NCBI RefSeq assembly: GCF_004295795.1
Contig: NZ_SEBR01000002.1
Location: forward strand, 204,280-268,279
Length of the DNA: 64,000 nt
Source: Flavobacterium sp.
GTDB lineage: Bacteria; Bacteroidota; Bacteroidia; Flavobacteriales; Flavobacteriaceae
Reading direction: 5' to 3'
In this document: positions 59,774 to 64,000 of the stretch, piece after piece
Numbering within the stretch: the first letter of the stretch is position 1
Layout: every line of letters starts with the position of its first letter
Notes under the pieces: model-generated
Told to the model about the DNA's origin: nothing
Databases searched by the model: none
What the model saw: only the letters and a program-made list of their open reading frames with translations
Translations under genes and position numbers: made by a program

Positions 59774-60484
59774 ATGAAGTACGAAAAAGAAAAAGCCGGC
59801 GATGTCGTCTACAATCTGGAATACAATGCGGAGCGCACTCCGTTGATCATTCCCGAATACGGACGCCACTTGCAAAAATTGATCGATCAGGCGACCGATA
59901 TCGCCGACCGCGACGAGCGCAACAAAGCTGCGAAATACATCATTCAGGTCATGGGAAGCCTGAATCCGCATTTGCGTGACGTGCCTGATTTCCAGCACAA
60001 ACTCTGGGATCAATTGTTCATCATGAGCGATTTTAGGATTGACGTCGATTCGCCTTATCCGACGCCGACGCGCGATGTTTTGCAGTTGCGTCCGGATCCT
60101 TTGAATTATCCGCAGAATTTCCCGAAGTATCGCTTCTACGGAAACAACATTCAGTTCATGATCAATGTAGCGATCAGTTGGGAAGTAGGCGAAATGCGGG
60201 ATGCACTTATCAAGGTGATTGCCAACCACATGAAAAAATCATACTTGAGTTGGAACAAGGACGATGTGACCGACGCTGTGATTTTCGAGCACTTGTACGA
60301 AATGTCGAAAGGCGAGCTGAATTTGATCGAGAGCAGTGAATCGTTGCTGGGCACGACCGAAATCATGCGCACGAACAAGAAAACTTCGAACAAGTCCGGC
60401 ATGCAGATGCAACAACAGAACCAGAATCCTTATCAGAAGAAAAACAACAACAATAACAAGAAACCTTTCAAGAAGAAGAATTGA
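59774..60484 (+). CDS. DUF4290 family protein
   Basis: LEYNAER...IPEYGRHLQK, HKLWDQL, YRFYGNNI; K/N-rich tail. Confidence 0.85.
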   Translation: MKYEKEKAGDVVYNLEYNAERTPLIIPEYGRHLQKLIDQATDIADRDERNKAAKYIIQVMGSLNPHLRDVPDFQHKLWDQLFIMSDFRIDVDSPYPTPTRDVLQLRPDPLNYPQNFPKYRFYGNNIQFMINVAISWEVGEMRDALIKVIANHMKKSYLSWNKDDVTDAVIFEHLYEMSKGELNLIESSESLLGTTEIMRTNKKTSNKSGMQMQQQNQNPYQKKNNNNNKKPFKKKN

Positions 60485-60492
60485 TTTCTTGA

Positions 60493-60524
60493 GATAATAG
60501 ATAATAGACGGATAGATAATAGAC
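60493..60524. repeat. GATAATA heptamer array
   Basis: GATAATA GATAATA GACGGATA GATAATA; inverted partial copy at 60605-60616. Confidence 0.7.
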
Positions 60525-60652
60525 GCGTTTCTGTGAGATGTAACGGCAGCAAGATTGGGTTTTTGAGACAGATTTGTCGTCGCCGATTTTGGACATCCTA
60601 ATTTTTATCTATCATCGTTCCTCTAAAAAAGATAATCCAAATACCAATTTAA

Positions 60653-61966
60653 ATGGGCGTTTTTAAGATAGAAGGCGGCATTCGCCTAAAAGGAGACGTG
60701 ACTCCGCAAGGAGCAAAAAACGAGGCGTTGCAGATTTTGTGCGCGGTTTTGCTCACTCCTGAGAAAGTTACCATCAACAACATTCCCGACATCATCGACG
60801 TGAACAAACTTATCACGCTGCTCGGAAACCTTGGCGTGAAAATCACCAGAAATGGAAAAGGATCTGTCACTTTCCAGAGCGATGAGGTCAACGTGGGCTA
60901 TCTTGAAACCGAAGCTTTCAGAAAAGAAGGCGGATCGTTGAGAGGATCGATCATGATAGTGGGACCACTTTTGGCGCGTTTTGGCAAAGGTTTTATTCCG
61001 AAGCCGGGCGGAGACAAGATTGGGCGTCGTCGTCTCGATACGCATTTTGAAGGTTTCATCAACCTCGGAGCCAAGTTCAGATACAATCCTGAAGACCATT
61101 TCTACGGAGTCGAAAAATCGGAGCGAGGTTTGGTTGGAGCCGATATGTTGCTCGACGAAGCTTCGGTTACGGGAACGGCAAACATCGTTATGGCAGCCGT
61201 TTTGGCCAAAGGAAAAACTACAATTTACAACGCGGCCTGTGAACCATATTTGCAGCAACTTTGCAAAATGCTCAACTCTATGGGCGCAAAAATCACGGGC
61301 GTTGGTTCAAACTTGCTTACGATTGAAGGTGTCGAAAGCCTTGGCGGATGCGAGCACAGGATTTTGCCGGATATGATCGAAATCGGTTCGTGGATTGGCT
61401 TGGCGGCCATGACAAGATCTGAAATCACGATCAAGAACGTGAGTTGGGAGAATCTTGGCGTGATTCCGTCGGTGTTCCGAAAACTCGGCATCACTTTGGA
61501 AAGACGCGGAGATGATATTTTCATCCCAACCCACGAATCATACGAAGTAAAAACAGACATCGACGGCTCGATCCTAACGGTTTCGGATGCGCCTTGGCCA
61601 GGTTTCACACCAGATTTGCTAAGCATCATTTTGGTAACCGCCACTCAAGCGAAAGGGGATGTCCTGATCCACCAGAAAATGTTCGAAAGCCGTTTGTTCT
61701 TCGTGGACAAGCTTATCGATATGGGCGCGAAGATCATCCTTTGCGATCCGCACCGCGCCGTGGTAATCGGACACGATTTCAAATCGACCTTGAAAGCCAC
61801 GACGATGTCTTCACCGGATATTCGCGCCGGGATTTCGTTACTGATCGCTGCCCTTTCGGCCAAGGGAACGAGCGTGATCCAGAACATCGAGCAGATCGAC
61901 CGTGGGTATGAGAGTATCGACGATCGTTTGAGAGCGCTTGGTGCAAAGATTGAAAGAATCGATTAA
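60653..61966 (+). CDS. murA: UDP-N-acetylglucosamine 1-carboxyvinyltransferase
   Basis: GAKNEAL, LRGS, PGGDKIGRR, SVTGTAN, PGFTPD, DIRAG, IDRGYE. Confidence 0.97.
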   Translation: MGVFKIEGGIRLKGDVTPQGAKNEALQILCAVLLTPEKVTINNIPDIIDVNKLITLLGNLGVKITRNGKGSVTFQSDEVNVGYLETEAFRKEGGSLRGSIMIVGPLLARFGKGFIPKPGGDKIGRRRLDTHFEGFINLGAKFRYNPEDHFYGVEKSERGLVGADMLLDEASVTGTANIVMAAVLAKGKTTIYNAACEPYLQQLCKMLNSMGAKITGVGSNLLTIEGVESLGGCEHRILPDMIEIGSWIGLAAMTRSEITIKNVSWENLGVIPSVFRKLGITLERRGDDIFIPTHESYEVKTDIDGSILTVSDAPWPGFTPDLLSIILVTATQAKGDVLIHQKMFESRLFFVDKLIDMGAKIILCDPHRAVVIGHDFKSTLKATTMSSPDIRAGISLLIAALSAKGTSVIQNIEQIDRGYESIDDRLRALGAKIERID

Positions 61967-62020
61967 TGCCGATGCGACTTACAAGGTTTTTTCAACTTTG
62001 TTGGTTTGGTCAAAAAATAT

Positions 62021-62054
62021 AAATCCGGAGGTTTTTAGCTTCCGGATTTTCTTT
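62021..62054 (+). terminator. Terminator after murA
   Basis: AAATCCGGA...TCCGGATTT-TCTTT. Confidence 0.7.
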
Positions 62055-62128
62055 TAGCAAAAATGTCACCTGGGTAAAAAACCACCACCACCCACCCGTA
62101 AATTTAGGCGGATCGCGAATTGGGTAGG

Positions 62129-62146
62129 TACAGAAAATCTGTAAAA
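62129..62146. repeat. Short palindrome TACAGA-AAA-TCTGTA (second copy)
   Basis: Identical to 58499-58516. Confidence 0.6.
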
Positions 62147-62213
62147 AATCTTAAATTTTATAGTTCAAAATCCAGAATTGGAATCGCCCGAATTCTAACA
62201 ATTTCCAAACAGA

Positions 62214-62795
62214 TTAGTCCGGTTTATCCAAAATCTGATAAAACTCATGACAGACTCCATCCACGGAATCCAGCTCAGACAAATACACCGAACCCGTTCC
62301 AGACTTTTTAAAAACCATCTTCGATTTCGCCAGAGGTGTCGCTTCCTCAAACGAAAGCACAATCGAATCGCCAGATCTCGAATAAGCGCCTTCGAAAAGT
62401 TTAGGATCGAGAAAAGTTGCAGGAAAATATTCGAAAGTGCCGTCATTCCTGAGTTTGATCCGAGCCATGGAAACCGTGTGTTCACATTTTCCGAAGAAAA
62501 TCACGTCGGCTTTCAGTGCTTCCCGAATTCTGGCAATCGGGGAAAAGACGACAAAAGCCAGTACAAAAATGCCGACGATCGACGGAATGGCAGTTTTCCA
62601 GCGGCTATCAGACAAAGCTTGAAAAAACCCGAAAATTACAAATCCGGCAAGAAGAAATCCGAATACTAGTTCCAATCCGAAAATTATAAGAACCTCAAAG
62701 CCTGTGCAGTGGTCAGTCGCAACATCGCAAACCAGTAATGCCGCGGCAAATGCGATCGTGTAAAGCCAAAGAGTATGGGTCGTGCGCTTTTTCAT
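62214..62795 (-). CDS. Hypothetical membrane protein
   Basis: Three N-terminal hydrophobic helices and a soluble C-terminal beta domain. Confidence 0.75.
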   Translation of the reverse strand: MKKRTTHTLWLYTIAFAAALLVCDVATDHCTGFEVLIIFGLELVFGFLLAGFVIFGFFQALSDSRWKTAIPSIVGIFVLAFVVFSPIARIREALKADVIFFGKCEHTVSMARIKLRNDGTFEYFPATFLDPKLFEGAYSRSGDSIVLSFEEATPLAKSKMVFKKSGTGSVYLSELDSVDGVCHEFYQILDKPD

Positions 62796-62804
62796 TGTTA
62801 TCGG

Positions 62805-63473
62805 TCACAAATTTGTCGGCAGTGAAGTATCGGTCTTAAAAAGAACCATAGCCAATTCTTGATTCTTAAAAGTATACAAATGCGAAATGCCGTCCACGCA
62901 AGAAATCAATTGCACGACCTCGAATCGGTCGAAATCCGTCAATCGGAAATCATCAAAAAAAGTGTTGAGGAAATCCTGTTTGGTCATTCCAATCTGTATT
63001 CCATCGGCAAACAAAACCGACTCGTCATCGATCTCACCGCCTAAAATATACGAATGGGTTTCGGCTTCGTCGCCTTGGTCGAAAAACAAAACCAGTCGGC
63101 TGGAACCGAGTTTCAACGACTGGATTTTGTAGTCGATTCCATCGGCTTTTACTGTTTTTTCAACTGCCGAAAAGTTTCTCAAATGGCTTTTCGGGAAATC
63201 GTCCGCGCTTTCCAATTGTCCGAACGGCTCGTATACGAATTTTGCGCAAGTCACGAGTTTCAATGTGTCGGGCGAGCCGCTTTTTTCGACTGACTGCAAA
63301 TCGAATGACGGTTTGGGTTTCGCCCAAAAGCCATCGATTTTGACCGCATTTGAGGTGTCGACTTTGACTTCATCCGAGGCAAGTTGCTCCGTTTTTTCGA
63401 CTTCCGATTTTCGGTTGCAAGACAAAATCCCGAAAACAACCACAAAGGCGATCGCCAAAAATCGCGCTTTCAT
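62805..63473 (-). CDS. Hypothetical lipoprotein
   Basis: Lipobox ILSC after MKARFLAIAFVVVFG; TGATG overlap with the VOC gene. Confidence 0.75.
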   Translation of the reverse strand: MKARFLAIAFVVVFGILSCNRKSEVEKTEQLASDEVKVDTSNAVKIDGFWAKPKPSFDLQSVEKSGSPDTLKLVTCAKFVYEPFGQLESADDFPKSHLRNFSAVEKTVKADGIDYKIQSLKLGSSRLVLFFDQGDEAETHSYILGGEIDDESVLFADGIQIGMTKQDFLNTFFDDFRLTDFDRFEVVQLISCVDGISHLYTFKNQELAMVLFKTDTSLPTNL

Positions 63474-63859
63474 CACTCCGAAACCTGAGTGGAAACCGAC
63501 CAATAATTTCCGGCGAAATCCAAAAACGAACCGCGTTTGTCGGGATCGCCTTCGTGTCGCGTCGGAGCTTCCAAAGCCTGGCAACCGAAATCGAGCGCTT
63601 TTTGGTAAGTGGCATCGGCATCGGCTACATAAACATGTAAAATGAGCGCGTTTGCCGGATAGTCTTTCGTCGCATCCGAGACCATGATGACCGTGTCGTC
63701 GATCCTGATTTCGAGGTGCATGAGCGAGCCGTCCTCGCGTTCAAACTTGCGAAGTTCCTCGGAATCGAAAACAGCTTTCGTAAAATCACTGAATTTTTGT
63801 GCGCCTTCGACCATGACGTACGGTGAAAGCGAGTTGTAGTTGGTTGGTTTGAATGACAT
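63473..63859 (-). CDS. VOC/glyoxalase (PhnB-like) family protein
   Basis: SLSPYVMV, MHLEIRIDDTVIMV, LHVYVADADATYQKALDFG, DFAGNYW. Confidence 0.9.
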   Translation of the reverse strand: MSFKPTNYNSLSPYVMVEGAQKFSDFTKAVFDSEELRKFEREDGSLMHLEIRIDDTVIMVSDATKDYPANALILHVYVADADATYQKALDFGCQALEAPTRHEGDPDKRGSFLDFAGNYWSVSTQVSE

Positions 63860-64000
63860 TTTTTTAAGATAGTTGATGATAGACTGAAATATACTAGATT
63901 CTGAGGCAAAAGATAATAGAATTGAAGAAAATAGATGATAGACAAATCGAAAGTGACAAGTCTCGTTTTGAATACGGATTTTGCAACAAAGACGCGTCTA

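Noticed and set aside
1-64000. CRISPR array or cas genes
   Set aside because: No 25-40-bp repeats with unique spacers. The periodic sequences are 7-9-nt arrays or in-frame protein repeats, and no Cas motifs were seen.

Overview
A 64-kb window of a Bacteroidota chromosome, most likely Flavobacterium or a close relative: it has TAnnTTTG promoters, two T9SS cargo proteins and Flavobacteriaceae-type gene order. Most of it is housekeeping: prfC, a PPIase/SurA/MoxR operon, aconitase, gap, degP, dapF-mltG, dnaA, ribD, prmC, hisS, tRNA-Met, HU, fmt, recQ and murA. It also carries two very large T9SS-secreted repeat proteins. The notable accessory parts are four. (1) An AT-rich NYN/PIN-family RNase gene sits behind its own promoter and a ~55-nt two-hairpin RNA ending in a terminator, a layout like type III toxin-antitoxin or attenuator systems. 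Downstream lie a 112-bp inverted-repeat element and head-to-head heptamer arrays. (2) A ~2.3-kb integrase-less island lies at tRNA-Met. Its 45-bp att duplication ends exactly at the anticodon loop, and it carries a secreted Gly-linker/HExxH protein plus a small secreted partner. (3) Many intergenic arrays with 7-, 8- or 9-nt periods and short palindromes are scattered through the window. (4) Accessory genes are broken by single-base homopolymer indels while core genes are intact, which suggests uncorrected long-read errors or recent decay. No CRISPR array, integrase, transposase or rRNA was seen. All assignments come from motif recognition by eye; no database searches were run.
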